Source: Puccinia triticina
Taxonomy: Eukaryota
Reading direction: 5' to 3'
DNA: 64,000 nt
Assembly: GCA_026914245.1 (NCBI GenBank)
Contig: CP110439.1
Coordinates: 4,340,001-4,404,000, forward strand
Part shown: positions 22,137-36,320 of the stretch, piece by piece
How positions within the stretch are numbered: the stretch's first letter is position 1
Layout: every line of letters starts with the position of its first letter
Notes under the pieces: model-generated
Told to the model about the DNA's origin: nothing
Seen by the model: only the letters and a program-made list of their open reading frames with translations
Databases searched by the model: none
Program-made: the position numbers and the translations under genes

Positions 22137-23682
22137 GGATATTAAGGGGTTTCAAAGTATCCCTGCACGTGCATGCAGGCCAGTTTGCATAACCCAATTT
22201 ACCGGGACACTTGCATGCAAAACTGGCAATTCAACATTCAAAATTTGAGTTGAACACCGGCTTGCCTTGCCACAAAAGTCGACTCGTCCGGCCCTTTGTC
22301 AGCTCACATCCACATCCAGCCACTCCTCTGCCACAAACCTGTCAGCCCTTATCCACACTCAGCCACCACACACCCATTCAAATGAAATCACACCACAATC
22401 CAAGATCACCCAAACCATGTTCACCAGCCTCTTATCACTTTAAAACCCATAAAACCAGACCAGAGTGCCAACTCATCCAGTCCGGAGCCCACACCCAAAC
22501 CTAGATCAGATCTGTGGCTCAATGTCAGGCTTGGTGATGCCAAGAGTATGAATACTCCTCTAGCTACGCCGGCGACAGAGCACGGTGCGATGTAGCGCGC
22601 GGTTAAAGCGCGGTAAAGTGCAAAATAACTTTAAAGTTATTTTTAATATACCCAAAAAAAGGGTTAACGGAGGGGCCAGGAGCGCCTGGGGTGGTTAAGT
22701 GCCCTCCGGAAGATCTTACAGGGCCTGCGCACACTATGCGCAGGGGTGGTGTGACCTGTGGCGTCTGGGGCCCAGTTAAGGGGGTGTTTCGAACGTGCAA
22801 GACGTTCCCAGGAGATGGTGGGGGATGTATATCCCGATAGAGAAAGAAGAAAACAGTGGACTTACTCGGAGAGAAAGTCCACGATAAAAAAACGACAAAT
22901 GACTCTGGAGAAAACCGAGATCAAAGGACGGTCAGGCTGGCGGACTAGTCGAGTAGACGAGGGCGAGGCTGGCGGTACGGCGAAATGGTTTGTATGAATC
23001 TTGGGAGGCTTTTACTCGCTCAAAAAGCCTCCCTTTATGTATTCTTGCGGCGACCGGTAGGGTCGCTGGTCTATTTTCAAATTCATCGCGGCTTCTCGGC
23101 CGCGGGAAGAACTAGTTAGGACAGGAGTGGTAGAGCGTTCTATTGCTCGCATCGCTCTTGTCCTCTTTACTCAACAACAAGTGTTACTCTTCCTCGGTCC
23201 GAGGAAGAGTTCCACTCTTTATGATATTTTCTTGGTTGTTCATCTTCGGCCGGGGGAGACGCAGCAGTTTACTTCTTCACTATTCTCCTCCGGCCGTTTC
23301 CTGTAGAACGTTCTACGGGTTTTTTTTTATTAGTTCAACAATAGCAAACCCGTTCTCTTGGCCTGAGAATGGGTTTTTGGATCATGACTACTATTCTTTC
23401 TCCGGCCGCTATCTGCGGCTGGAGTTTTTGACAGTCTCTCTTCGATTCTATACATCGTTCGGGGGGAGGTCTTTTGTTACATATTCATTTATGCGCGGCG
23501 CTCTGCGCCGCTTTTATTGTTCAATAATGAATATGGTATTCATTTTATACAAGGCGCTCTGCGCCGCAATAAATGTGTATTTTTAACAGTTGTTATATAT
23601 CAGTTAGCTGGGCTCTAACTTAATATAGTAGCCCGGCTGACATTCCCTCCCACCAAGATAAGTTACTCGTAACTTAGCTGAG

Positions 23683-26600
23683 CTATTTACGCTTAGAAAC
23701 TCTATAATTGCGTAAGTGAATTGCTCCGTCTGGGATATTATTTTCTGGTAGCCATTCATCTTTGTCTGCAGATTGGTTTCTGTATCTTACAAGGTACAGT
23801 CTGGTATCTTTACCTAAAACTCTCTCCTTTTTATCTTTGAGGATTTTATGTACTTTAAGTTGCTCTTTAGGAGATGGTTCTTCTATGGGTACAGGTACAG
23901 GTATGGAAGTTGGTTCATTTTCCCTCTGAACATATCTTTTTATGAGGCTTACCGGAAACACCGGGTGTTTCCTGCTAAATTCTTCTGTAAGAATTACTTC
24001 TACTGCATTTTTACCATGTAAGTTTTTAATCACAAAGGGACCCACAAAGGCGGGTTTAAGCTTCCTACAACCTCCCAAGTTGTTAAAATTTACAGCAGAT
24101 AGCAGTACTTTTTCTCCTATATTGAATTCTGGTTCTTTATGACTCTTGTCCCAGCGCATCTTACTGTACTCAGCTGCTTCTTGGACACATTTGGCCGCAT
24201 GTTTATTTGTGGCTTCTAGCATTTGCTTAAAGTCCAAGGCCGTAGGGTGCGCCAGCGGTAATTTGTCATTAAGCGTGTCTTTTGGTAATCTGGGAATCCA
24301 ACCCCTCTCTAGGATATATGGCGCTTCTTTGGTAGTGGAGTGCTTACTACTATTGTAGGCCATTTCTAGGGCGGGGAGTAAATTAACCCAATCATGTGTA
24401 TACCCATCTTCTTTTTTAAATTCTAGCCCAAAGGCGCAAAACCTTCTTAAAAGATCTTCCAATGTCTGGATCATTCTTTCGGCTAGACCATCTGTCTGTG
24501 GATGATATGCAGTTGAGAAGGCTAATTTAGTGCCTAACATATCATGGAGATTTCTCCAAAATTCAGATGTAAACTTTGGGTCTCTGTCACTGATAATTAT
24601 TTTTGGGATACCTACGTCCGCCATGATTCTATTCCAGAATAGCATAGCTATTTCCATAGCAGTGTCATCTTTGTGATGCGGAATAAACCTAGCTCTCCTG
24701 GAAAATCTATCTACAATCACTAGGACTGAGTTATAAGAGAAGGCTCCTTCTGGAGGTAATCCTGTCACAAAGTCCATGTTAATGATTTCCCACCTAGTTT
24801 TGGGTTCAGCTATGGTCTGCAATAATCCAAATCTCTTTCCAGTCTGTTTGTTAGCTTTTTGGCATGTTACACAGGATTTGACATATGCTTTGGTTTGATT
24901 TTTCCAATCAACCCACCAGGCTGTCTGTTTAATCCTTTCTAAGGTTCTATCTTCTGAGAAGTGACCTGCGCCAGCATCATCATGACACTCATACAACATG
25001 TTTTTAATATGACTTTCTTTACTCAGGACTATCACACTGGAATTTCTATGTCTGAAGTATATTATGCCATCCAGCAGAGTAAATTGTCCTGCTTTGTATG
25101 GTGTCAAAAGGTATTCCGGTAAGCTAGCAATCAATTCTGGAGCACTGTTTTCATTATCCAGGATATTGATTAGCTTAAGAAATTCTAAATCTTCACTATA
25201 GTTGATTCTAACTTCTTCAAAGAATGCGTCATCAATGTCACATACGTGAATTCCCAAAATGGGGAATACATCCTCATCTTCCGGATCATAGGCAGGATTA
25301 TCTGGAGTATTAGGCAAGGCCCATCTACTTAGCCCATCCGCATTAGTATGCTTAGCTCCCGCCCTATGGATAATGGTCATGTGTCCCCTATACTGTTGTA
25401 TTGCAATCTGCCATCTGAGCATGTGACGGTTGGGCGTCTTCATGTTCATTAGGGTTCTTACTGCTATACAATCTGTCACTACAATGATCTTACAACCTTC
25501 TAGATAATAATGTAGTTTCTCTAAAGCCCATACAAGACATAAACATTCCATCTGACTGGCTCCATATCTCATTTCTGTCTTCCAAACTTGTCTGGAAATG
25601 AACAGGACAGGTTTTTCCACAGGAATCCCATCAATTATGAACTCCTGATGTAAAGCTGCTCCGATACCCTCAAAACAAGCATCTATGTATAGTATAAAGG
25701 GCAAAGAATAGTCTGGTTGCGCAAGTACGGGAGCTGTAGTGATGAGCCTTTTTAGTTGCTCATATTGCTCTACTCTCCCGTACGTCATCTCAAAGAAGAC
25801 ATCTTTGCTACATAACTCGTATAGACTTTTGGACATGTTTGCAAATCTAGGGATATGCTGCCGGTAATAACTACAAAATCCTAGAAATGATTGCATTTCT
25901 GTCATAGTCTGTGGCATAGGTTTAAGCAAAACTGCGGCTACTCTGTTCTGATCTATGGCTAGAGATAATCCGGAGACTATATTGCCTAAAGCCTTAAGCT
26001 CTTGAAACCCAAAGTTGCATTTCTTGATGGACATTTTCAATCCTGCTGTAATAGCTGTACGGAGAACCAATCTTATTTTTTCTAAATGATCCTCCCAGTT
26101 CGCAGAATATATGATAATGTCATCTATGTATACCATCATCCAACTTTGCCGAATAAAGGATCCGAATATCGTGTCCATCATGCGCTGAAAATGTGAAGGA
26201 GCATTTTTTATACCAAATGGCATTCTCGAATATTTGTATACTCCTAGATGACAGATTATGCGCATGAATTGCCTGCTTTCTTCTTTGATGGGTATTTGGT
26301 GGAACCCTTTGAGCACATCCATTGTGGTAATGTATTTAGCTTTCGCCAAATTATGTAGAGAATGATCTATTCTCGGAATAAGATAATTGTCTGCTTTAGT
26401 GTAATTATTGAGGGCTCTAAAGTCTCCTACCATGCGGGACTTTTCGTTATGCCATGCTATAATTACAGGCGTAGTTATTTCCACTTGTTCATTATGGCCT
26501 ACTTTCCTCAGGACTTTAAGCTCCAATAATTCTTTGATGTGGATTTCTAGAGCTTCACAAGACTTAGGGCTCGAAGGATAAGCGGCTCTCCTTAGCGCCG

Positions 26601-29600
26601 GAGGATAAGGTGGTTGTCACGTAAGTTCTATCTCAATTTCATGTCCAGAGATATTCCCTATGGGTTCTTCTTTTGTGCAGAAGGCTTCTTCATGCTCGAA
26701 GCAGATATTTAATACATCTGACTGTTGCTCAGGTGTTAATGTACTACTAATAGCTGCTTGAGACATATACTCTTGATGGAACTTGGTCAACTCCCTCTTC
26801 TCTCGGTCTTTACCCGGAGGGTTCTGAAAGCTGATGTTACATATCTCAAACTTTCTCTTCCAATCACCACCTATTGTGTAGTATCTGTTTTTGCTCTGAA
26901 TTACATCTATTCCATACAAGCAGAAAGCATCATTTCCTACAATAAGGTAATCACACACGGCATCTTCTAGAACTACAAATTCTATATGTAATCGTAAAGA
27001 TCCTTTTGTGTGCGGAAAAATAAGAGGTAATTTAACTATCCCTATGGGATTAAGGGCCGCATTACAACTACTAAATTTAGCTTTAGGTGTGGGGAGGAGG
27101 TTATTTCTCCACTCAGGATAACAAGAGTCTAGCGAATTGGTACTAGTGCAAGAACAAAATGCTCCAATGTCCAGGAGAGCTCTAATTTCTCTCCCTTCAA
27201 AGACAACTGTTGTATAGCTAGTTTTTCCTAAAGTGTAACTCATGCCTTCCTCCGGTTTGTTCGTCATAAGTTTGGCGTCTGATACGTGCCCAATTCCTAG
27301 TGATGAATTCCATTTTTGTGGCAAGTTGGAATCTCCCTGTATCACTGTAATATGCAAGGGATCTCCTAGATCAGCTTGTATCACATTGCATTTGGCATTA
27401 ATTTCGGGTTCATCCAAGTCATCACTAATTCCAGGTTCCATTCCGACAATGTCAAATTGGAAGCCCGTATCAGATATGTCATCATCCTCAGACTCTACTT
27501 CTATATTGTTGATGCGTTTGCGGGGTTTTGGGCAATCAGGTCTCTTATGTCCTTTCTCTCCGCAATTGTAGCACTCAATACTAGTCGTTTTTCTAGGAGG
27601 TATTTCTGTACTCCTTTTTTCTGCAGCCGTGGTTTCTCTAGGCGCTAGATTACGCCTTTCCTCGTACGTCTTGGGTTTCCTGTCCAATTTCTTAGCCACA
27701 ATAATTATTTCTATGGTGGCTACCAATTCAGACAAGTCTACGTTGTGGTATCCAGCTTGGTACACGCGGGAACAGTGTTCATTTGGCGCATGGAAGGACC
27801 TCAAGATTTGATCATCAAGGCAGTCAAATCACTCATGGCGCGTGGCATCGTGGCGTATCAGGTTTTTTTTATCATTTATGTGTTGTTTTCTTTCCTTTGT
27901 TCTATTTTTGAGTGCTTTTCTTTTATTTTCTCCTTCTCTTTATTACTTTTTCTTTCTTTATGCGCGCGTTGGAGGGTTACAGAGTGGAGGGTTGGCTTTA
28001 ATTCTGTAGTGTTGCTTTTCTTTGCTGTTGGTTCTGGTTGTCTGTTGTTTGGGCGCGCGGGGCATGATGATGGGCCCGCAGTGCGCGGCGCCCTCCTGGA
28101 AGTCTAAGTTCAAGTCGAACTTAGACGAAGGGGGGGCATAGAACCCTTCTGATCCCATTAGGAAATCTATCACTGAGCTGTTATTCCGATCCTGATCCGG
28201 GGCGTTAGCAACACGCCATTTCTGAGCTTATTGATCCATAGGACACTTCAACGTTCTTCTGATTTTTCGGTTCCGCCACGAGGCGCCGATCTTTTGATTA
28301 CATATAAGATCCCGAACCTTCCTGATCTCCGGCGAAATTGAGTTTGAACTCAGTCTTCTTCTCGATTCTGCCGATCTCTTCCCCAAATTTTCCTACTATC
28401 TCACTCGTGCTCTCTCCAACTACCCGAAGTACTTATCATTCTCAAGCCTGCCTTCATTCTCATAAACTTAACCGCCGACGCGCCTTCTCAGCCGTTGTAA
28501 AATACCAACCCCAACCGCTACTACTGATCCTCGACAGCTTATCCGACTAAATTCCCGGAGGGCACTTCCCCATCAAATTCTCTCATCCCTCCAACAACTG
28601 CCGCCGGCCTGCACCGGACGGAGTTCCACAACGTCTGCATCTTTCAACCTGCACATTACATCATGTTCTAAGTAATTAGGGCACTTTTTCAAGATTTTCT
28701 TAGTGACAAATTTCTGAGCTGGTTGGTTATAGATACAATCAATCCTTTTTTTCTGACTCAGACACCATTTGTATGGGTCATCTTTAGTAGGATCAAAGAA
28801 ATCATTCTCATATGCAGCTAGCATTTTGTCCTCCCAGACATCTGTACCAAACTGTTTGTGTATCAGTTTTTTCCACTCTTCCCAGCTTACTTTTCCAACA
28901 GATTTCTTTTTTCTGACGAACCAGTCCAAAGCTACTCCTTCAAATAACCTTGGTAATCTGGCAGTTACTACTTCATCCGTAGCTTCGTAACACTCAAGTA
29001 GATGATCTACATAATCTATGAAGTGGATATGATCATATTCTCCTTCTCCAGAGAATTTAGGCCATTCTTTCATTGGAGGCATCAATTTGCATTTGGTCAC
29101 TGGATCTAAACTATTCATGAAAGAAGTAGTCTGTCTTGGTTGGTCCTGGTAAGGTTGGGAATCACTGGCCGCGTTTGGGCGTGACGACCTGGTTGGTTCC
29201 TCTTCTTTAGGAGGTAGAGACCTTTCTTGGTATTGGAACACTCTGTTCCTGTTATTTAGTAAAGGATTATTAAACCTAACTTCCTCCGTCTGAGCAGATT
29301 CGGGGTTAAGGATCAGATGCGGGGGGGTCTGTATTCCTGCTAAATTTTGTTTAAGAGTCTTTATCTCTTGTTTCAGAGAGCTGATTTGCTCCGCTGTGGA
29401 GATGTTAATTTTATTTACCATCTCTTTCATGTTATCTTCCTGATGACTCACTAAGTCTATCAAAATTTGTAACTGGGCGGATTGATGTTCCTCACGCTCT
29501 CTGTTCACTTTGATAACCTCAGTTTTCAAAGTAGACAACATTTGGCTTTTAAAGTCTGCCATATCAATGTCAATATCCGTAAGTTTGTCTTGTAGACTCT

Positions 29601-30450
29601 GATTTGTACCAGTCATATTCTCAAGGCTTTTTGTTATCTCACTCATTTTATTCTTAATCTCTCCAATATCTTGGCGAAACTCAGGGATTTTAACAAAATG
29701 TTCTTGAGACATGTCTATTGCACGACTGACAGCAGATTCAAGAGTGTTAATAATAGAAGTGTGACATTCCACAATTTTCTTGTTTGTAAACTTATACTGG
29801 TTACTAGAGTTACTATGCAATGTAGACAAATTTCCATACAAGTTATCAAACATATGGAAAATGAAATCTCTATCAACTACATCTGGTCGTAGGCTTGTTC
29901 CAAGGTGTTTGCTGCCTTCATGACTTGAGCCCAACGGCCGCGGTCTTTTTGGAGATGGTTGCTTTGAGTGGTTGGAGGAGCTTTTTGTTTTTTCGAAGTC
30001 CTTGCTGGAGGGTTGATCTGTTTCAACACCGTCCAGGGGTTCCAACCCTCCACGAAGGACTCTAACTCCTTTCGAGTGAGAAACTTCTGAGCCGCTTTTT
30101 GGCTCTCTTGAGCTCTGCGTAGACCGGCTTTGAGCTCCTCCGGAGATCCTTGAGCCTGGAGAGAGATGCATTTTCTCCAGTTGGCTTGGTGGACGTACAC
30201 CAAGTTCTGGATCATCTTGACTTGCTCTTCCTCCAGCTCTTTGGCCGTTTTCGCCGGAGCTTTGGCTTTTGAGGTGCTCGGAGCTGGGTCCGTGTTCTTC
30301 TTGAACCGAAGCGGGACCTCTACGTCCGCCGGATCCTCCTCCAACTGATCCTCCGACGATAGATCCTCCGATGGCGGACCCTTTGCGGCTGCCTCTTTTT
30401 GGAGTGGCAAGGGGTCCTTCGAGGTCAGGTCTGGAAGATCGGGTAGACAT
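23683..30450 (-). pseudogene. gag-pol: Element C single gag-pol ORF, broken by a solo LTR (27744-28630) and a stop at 26617
   Basis: WPKFSGEGEYDH gag motif; CYNCGEKGHKRPDC; LLDIGA protease; YIDD RT; integrase; chromo-like C-terminus YLVRY...DEWL. The junction restores KDADV-DLSELV. Confidence 0.92.
27744..28630 (+). mobile_element. 887-bp solo LTR, apparently related to the element B LTR
   Basis: TGTGG...CCACA; 4-bp TSD ACGT; 3' end CGGACGGAGTTCCACA resembles B's CGGACAGGAGTCCCTCA; similar internal layout. Confidence 0.88.
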
Positions 30451-31190
30451 TGTATCAGTGTTTTGTTTGTTTTATAAGGGGTCAGATTCTGGTAAAAAAA
30501 TTTGACTAACTTTTGACTTCCGGTTCGGAGTCGCTGACGTCGATGTCCGCTAAGTTCTCGGCGGGAGCTGGGTCTATTTCAGCTGCGGAGAAAGGAGGGA
30601 TCAGTCAGTGATACGGTTTTTTTTGCAGTCAATTTTGCAGGAGAGAGTTACTTACGGGTATCTCTCGGGTGGCGTATAGTGCCGGCGACGTAGTTTGGTT
30701 TTGGAGCGGGCACTGTTATTATCCGAGCAGCAAAAGTGTTAGTGCTCCGGCGGTGCGGAATAGAAGCTGGAAGAAGCTTACTAGTAGGTTTTTTCAACGG
30801 AACATCTACTTCGAGCTTCGGCGCAGCCGCGGCTGCGAGATTCTTTTCGGATTGGGTTTTTCAAACCACTGTAGACAAGGGATCCGGATTTTAGCGGGTC
30901 TTGCTAAGGGTAAGTCAAAGAAAAGGTCGGAATTTTTAGCTTACTTTTTCGTTCTTGACGAGCTTTGGCTTTGCGGGCGTAATGTTCTCGCAAGAAAAGC
31001 TGAAATCGAATTTGGCCTTCGATGCTTTCTTTCTGCTCGCGTTTGATTCGGTCGGTAGCGATTTTGAGTTGCTCTTTGTATGAAAGCAGCTCCCAAGCAG
31101 TCGGGACGTAGTTCCGGTCGCGTTCTTCTTTCTGTTCTTTAAGGTAACGGAGGTAATACTGAATTAGTTCAGCGTTCCTCTGTAATTCCA
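29877..31190 (-). CDS. Spliced accessory gene of element C (at least 5 exons; one internal TGA at 30861-30863; 5' end not located)
   Basis: Exons 31190-30945, 30868-30782, 30712-30656, 30582-30511 and 30430-29877. Four 69-80 nt GT..AG introns with branch-like motifs, all phase 1 and frame-preserving. Confidence 0.75.
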
Positions 31191-33318
31191 CTGAAAAAAA
31201 TTGAAGAAAAAAGGAGGTTTGTCAGAAAACGTTTTGCGGTTTTTCTGTGGTAAAGAGGGTTGTACAGAAGAAAAAATCTTCTGAAGATACGCGCAAAAAG
31301 GCGGTTTTTTTGTTGCGCTATGGGGCGTGGTTTAATAGCGCGGGAGAGCACAGGGTTAGTTCTATGCGAAGTAGCGCAAGTGGTGCGCTACAAGGAGCAA
31401 GTATAGAGCGCGTGGGAGCTCTGGTTTAGTTGCGCTGGGAGATCGCGGCTCAAGTTGCGCGAAGTAGAGCAACTTTGGTTTGCGCTATGTAGCGCGGGTA
31501 GTACGCTATAGAGAGCGGGTAGGGAGCGGTAACTAAACTTAACAAAGTAAGTTTGAAGGGCTTATATCGCCTACAGCGCTCGGAGCGCGGGGGTTTAGAT
31601 TTAACGTAAGAGTTAAGTAAGCTTAAATAAGCTGAAGAGTAGGTTTGGTTAGGTTTTGTTTGTTGGATAAACAAAAAAACTAAGTTTTTTATGTTTTTAT
31701 GGGTTTATAAGGGTAAGTTCCCGGCCAGACCCCCAATTGTCAGGCTTGGTGATGCCAAGAGTATGAATACTCCTCTAGCTACGCCGGCGACAGAGCACGG
31801 TGCGATGTAGCGCGCGGTTAAAGCGCGGTAAAGTGCAAAATAACTTTAAAGTTATTTTTAATATACCCAAAAAAAGGGTTAACGGAGGGGCCAGGAGCGC
31901 CTGGGGTGGTTAAGTGCCCTCCGGAAGATCTTACAGGGCCTGCGCACACTATGCGCAGGGGTGGTGTGACCTGTGGCGTCTGGGGCCCAGTTAAGGGGGT
32001 GTTTCGAACGTGCAAGACGTTCCCAGGAGATGGTGGGGGATGTATATCCCGATAGAGAAAGAAAAAAACAGTGGACTTACTCGGAGAGAAAGTCCACGAT
32101 AAAAAAACGACGAATGACTCTGGAGAAAACCGAGATCAAAGGACGGTCAGGCTGGCGGACTAGTCGAGTAGACGAGGGCGAGGCTGGCGGGACGGCGAAA
32201 TGGTTTGTATGAATCTGGGGAGGCTTTTACTCGCTCAAAAAGCCTCCCTTTATGTATTCTTGCGGCGACCGGTAGGGTCGCTGGTCTATTTTCAAATTCA
32301 TCGCGGCTTCTCGGCCGCGGGAAGAACTAGTTAGGACAGGAGTGGTAGAGCGTTCTATTGCTCGCATCGCTCTTGTCCTCTTTACTCAACAACAAGTGTT
32401 ACTCTTCCTCGGTCCGAGGAAGAGTTCCACTCTTTATGATATTTTCTTGGTTGTTCATCTTCGGCCGGGGGAGAAGCAGCAGTTTACTTCTTCACTATTC
32501 TCCTCCGGCCGTTTCCTGTAGAACGTTCTACGGGTTTTTTTTTATTAGTTCAACAATAGCAAACCCGTTCTCTTGGCCTGAGAACGGGTTTTTGGATCAT
32601 GGCTACTATTCTTTCTCCGGCCGCTATCTGCGGCTGGAGTTTTTGACAGTCTCTCTTTGATTCTATACATCGTTCGGGGGGAGGTCTTTTGTTACATATT
32701 CATTTATGCGCGGCGCTCTGCGCCGCTTTTATTGTTCAATAATGAATATGGTATTCATTTTATACAAGGCGCTCTGCGCCGCAATAAATGTGTATTTTTA
32801 ACAGTTGTTATATATCAGTTAGCTGGGCTCTAACTTAATATAGTAGCCCGGCTGACACTCAACCTTTACTGTTGCCTGCCCTTTCCTGATTGCAAATCTC
32901 ATACTATGACAACCAGACCAACTTCCAACCACGGGCTGGAACCCCCACAGCTTGAAAACCTGGTTGCAGAGACAGTTACCAGAGAGACACTTGCAAAATA
33001 CATCAAGTTGAATATTGGGATTGTCTTGCAACTGGTTGGAAAAAGTCCTTGTTCAGCAATACCAAACAAGTGCTCAATCCTGGATCATCACTCCCCGGAC
33101 TTGACCTTGGATGAGCTGGGTCATTGGATTGATTTTAAAATCTTGTTATGTGAGACATGGCATGTTCGGAGAGGTTTCAATGGGTGAAAAATGCCAAATT
33201 GTCAAAGTGAGTGTATGTGGCAATGGTCTTTGAGCTGGATGGGAGTTCTGCCGTGTGCAAGGTCCAAAGTGGGGGCTCAAGGTAACTTTGAATTTCAGTG
33301 GGGGGCAAGTCAATATGC

Positions 33319-34110
33319 TGTCAGCTCCGGTCTCTTATGTGACACGGAGTTGATGGGTTTTTATGCGCGCTGTAGCGGCTGAGTAGCGGCCAGCAGAAAG
33401 ATGGGCCACACTATAACCTTAAAGGCCAATGGGAAGAAACCACATCTCAACGCTGAACAGCGGAGGGGCTAGCTCCCTTACAAATGTAAGGGGACGCGGC
33501 GATAACTCGAGCCAGGCGCCGTAGCTTATAAGGAATGAGCTTCTTATCTTCTAGGTTACAGGTTTTGTAAAACCCACCTGTACCTAGGAAAATACACAAA
33601 AGGGACTGAGGCTGTAAAAGAAGAAAGGTTAGTTTATTATTGTAAAACCCCACTCACTATGGTTCTAGTAAGGTGCACGGGTTTGTATGGTAATAATCTT
33701 GGGGGAAAGATTGCCCCCTTTTATATTACAGGGACCTAATCCTCCTTCGATTCAAGGCCCCAGAGGGATCCTTAACTCCAAGGAGGGGGAAGAGGTCCAC
33801 GGAATTCAAAGGAGGAATTACATGAATAATTATGTAATCTCTCTATGTATGGTAAATCCATAGAGAGATATACTTCATTAGTACATTATTATTCTCAATC
33901 AAGGTAAATACACAATAAGTGTGAAATCATACAGTTTAGTACATATAAATTGATGATTGCAACAAAAGTAATATTATAAGACAACAGGAGGACTTGAACA
34001 CAGGATCTTACACAAGATCAAGGTCAATCTTAAGGTAGCCTTTAGCCATTGGGTTACATGACTTGTAATTATCATTTTAGACACATGGACAATTGTCTCA
34101 GTGGCTGACA
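33319..34110. mobile_element. 792-bp solo LTR
   Basis: TGTCAGC...GCTGACA inverted ends; perfect 5-bp TSD TATGC. Confidence 0.85.
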
Positions 34111-35329
34111 TATGCAATCTGACTTGCATGCATGCGCAAGTTTACTTTGAATCCCACTCTTGACAGTAAGTAAACTCTTTCACTGAACATTGCTTATATC
34201 AGAGTGAAACTCTGTGTCTCTTGATTGCTTCTCTTTATTTCTCTATCCCAAACCTATCAAATATCAAAGGTTACTCTGTTAAACCCTAAAAATCAGAGCA
34301 GATGAGTCTACCAATTCCGTCTCCCCCCACCATTTCCTTGGTGCACACAGAGCTTGTTGCCTTTTTTTTCCTGGCACAGCTGTCCTTACAACTTTTCCAG
34401 GTTGTTCAATTTGAATTTGAGGATCCTCACTTGTTGAGTAGATAGCTGACCACCTCCAGATCATCTTTATCTCTTTTCTGCTCTTGTACTTAGTTTTCAT
34501 TTATTATCCCAGAAATCCAAACCTGAAGTGCCCACCCATTTTCCTTGTGTCATATTGTCACTTTAGAGACACAGGCTCACACATGTACTTCTGGAACTTG
34601 CTGGGCTACACACACTTTAGAAGGTGTGGATGTTGGTGCAGGATATCCATCCATCAGTACTGAACAGCCTCAATGGCTGGAGCCTATTTTCTATGGAGAC
34701 TCTTCAGTGTTGATGGCTATGGAAATTGTTATGTAGCCATAAATACTTCTGACTATTGAGACTGTAAATTTTTCATGGCAAAGAGTTTCTCACCATTTGG
34801 AGTTTGAAGTATTGATGGCCAGAGTTTCTTGAGTTTCAAGATTTCTGGGATGGAATCATCCTGGTCATCAAGACTGTAGTAGCATGGTCTTGCCAAGATT
34901 ATCACTCCAAGGCCATCAGGATGCTCAAGCAGTCCCCTCACTGTTATGTTCTGGTCTTGATTTCTTAGTCGTTCTGATGTAAGTTCTATCCGGTGTGTAT
35001 GATCCTACTAGTCTCTGATTTTCTTGATTTCAATAAATGGTCTCTGGTCTCTTTACCAGGGCAAGTTGGGGTTGTACTATAAAATAACTAATAGTAGCTG
35101 GGAGGGTTCTTCTAACAATATACAACTATCCAGAATCTATGTCTGTCTGGCTTCTTCAGGTGCAATAACCCTTCTTCCAAGCTTCTAATTTTCCTCTTCC
35201 TTTGAGTGGTGCTCCAACGCTCTCTTCTAACAGGATCCTAGTTATCAAAATCCTTTGGCAATATTTCCGCCTTCTGGTATATAACTGGCTGCTTTCTTCA
35301 AGATACGTCTTTCAGTACTAGTTTGTTGT

Positions 35330-36320
35330 CAAAGACTAGCACAGTGGTATTCAATGTTTTTTTTGGGACCTTCGAATACTGATTCGTCGAATATTCAAAT
35401 ATTCGGAGATATTTGACGGAAAACCTTTCAAAATACATTAAAAACATCAACAAATTACATTTTTTTGTGTTTTTGACTTCTTTTGGCCCATTTCTGGGCC
35501 ACACATCTTTGAGGAGGTCATCTGTCAAAAATATCATGGTGCCAAAGATGCTTACCATATTGCCAGAGGCATATCTCATAATGGCGGACGCACTACATGG
35601 ACACACTTTTGATAGTGGCAGACGTACTTTTGATAGTGGCGGACACACTTTTGATAGTGGCGGACACACTTTTGATAGTGGCGGACACACTTTTGATAGT
35701 GGCGGACACACTTTTGATAGTGGCGGACACACTTTTGATAATGGCGGATGTACTTTTGATAGTGGCCGACGCACTTTTGATAGTGGCGGACACACTTTTG
35801 ATAGTGGCGGACACACTTTTGATAGTGGCAGACCCACTTTTGGTAGTGGCAGACCCACTTTTGATAGTGGCAGACACACTTTTGACGTTGGCGGACGCAC
35901 CTTTGATAGTGGCGGACGCAGCACAGTGCGTGCTCTTTTGCCCCCTGCGTGCTTAGCTTTAGCGCAATTGCGCCTATCTGTGTTAACGCTACACTAAAAT
36001 CTAAAATGTATCTGTGCTAACGCTACACTAAAAGCTAAAATAGCTTTGCACCCTGTGCGCTTAGTGTCAGCGCAGATGCGCGCGATTGCAATAACGCTAC
36101 GCTAAAAAAGAGCGCATTTGCGCTGCACTACACTACACTAACAGCTATGGTTAGCGTAGCTGACCCACATTTGGGCCTTTGGGACCCAGAGAAGCTTGCA
36201 TTGAGCCATTATTTGAATTGATTTGAATATTCGAGCTTAAATTTGCCCGGGAATTATTTGACTCAAATCAAATACGAATACGAATACTCGAATCGATTCA
36301 ATTCGATGTGCTAGTCTTTG
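35330..36320. mobile_element. Non-autonomous hAT-like element
   Basis: 14-bp perfect TIR CAAAGACTAGCACA; 8-bp TSD TTTGTTGT. Confidence 0.88.
35599..35920. repeat. 21-bp minisatellite (GGACACACTTTTGATAGTGGC), about 15 copies
   Basis: Direct tandem repeats; explains the overlapping repetitive ORFs. Confidence 0.95.

Larger units (their letters stand above)
22523..32857 (-). mobile_element. Ty3/Gypsy LTR retrotransposon C
   Basis: 1120-bp LTRs at 22523-23642 (3') and 31738-32857 (5'), about 8 differences seen. 5-bp TSD CTCAA. PBS TGGGGGTCTGGCCGGGAA (tRNA-Pro-like) at 31718-31735. PPT GGTGGGAGGGAA at 23643-23654. Confidence 0.96.

Noticed and set aside
35298..35997. Four overlapping repetitive ORFs
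   Set aside because: Artefacts of a stop-free 21-bp minisatellite inside a MITE.
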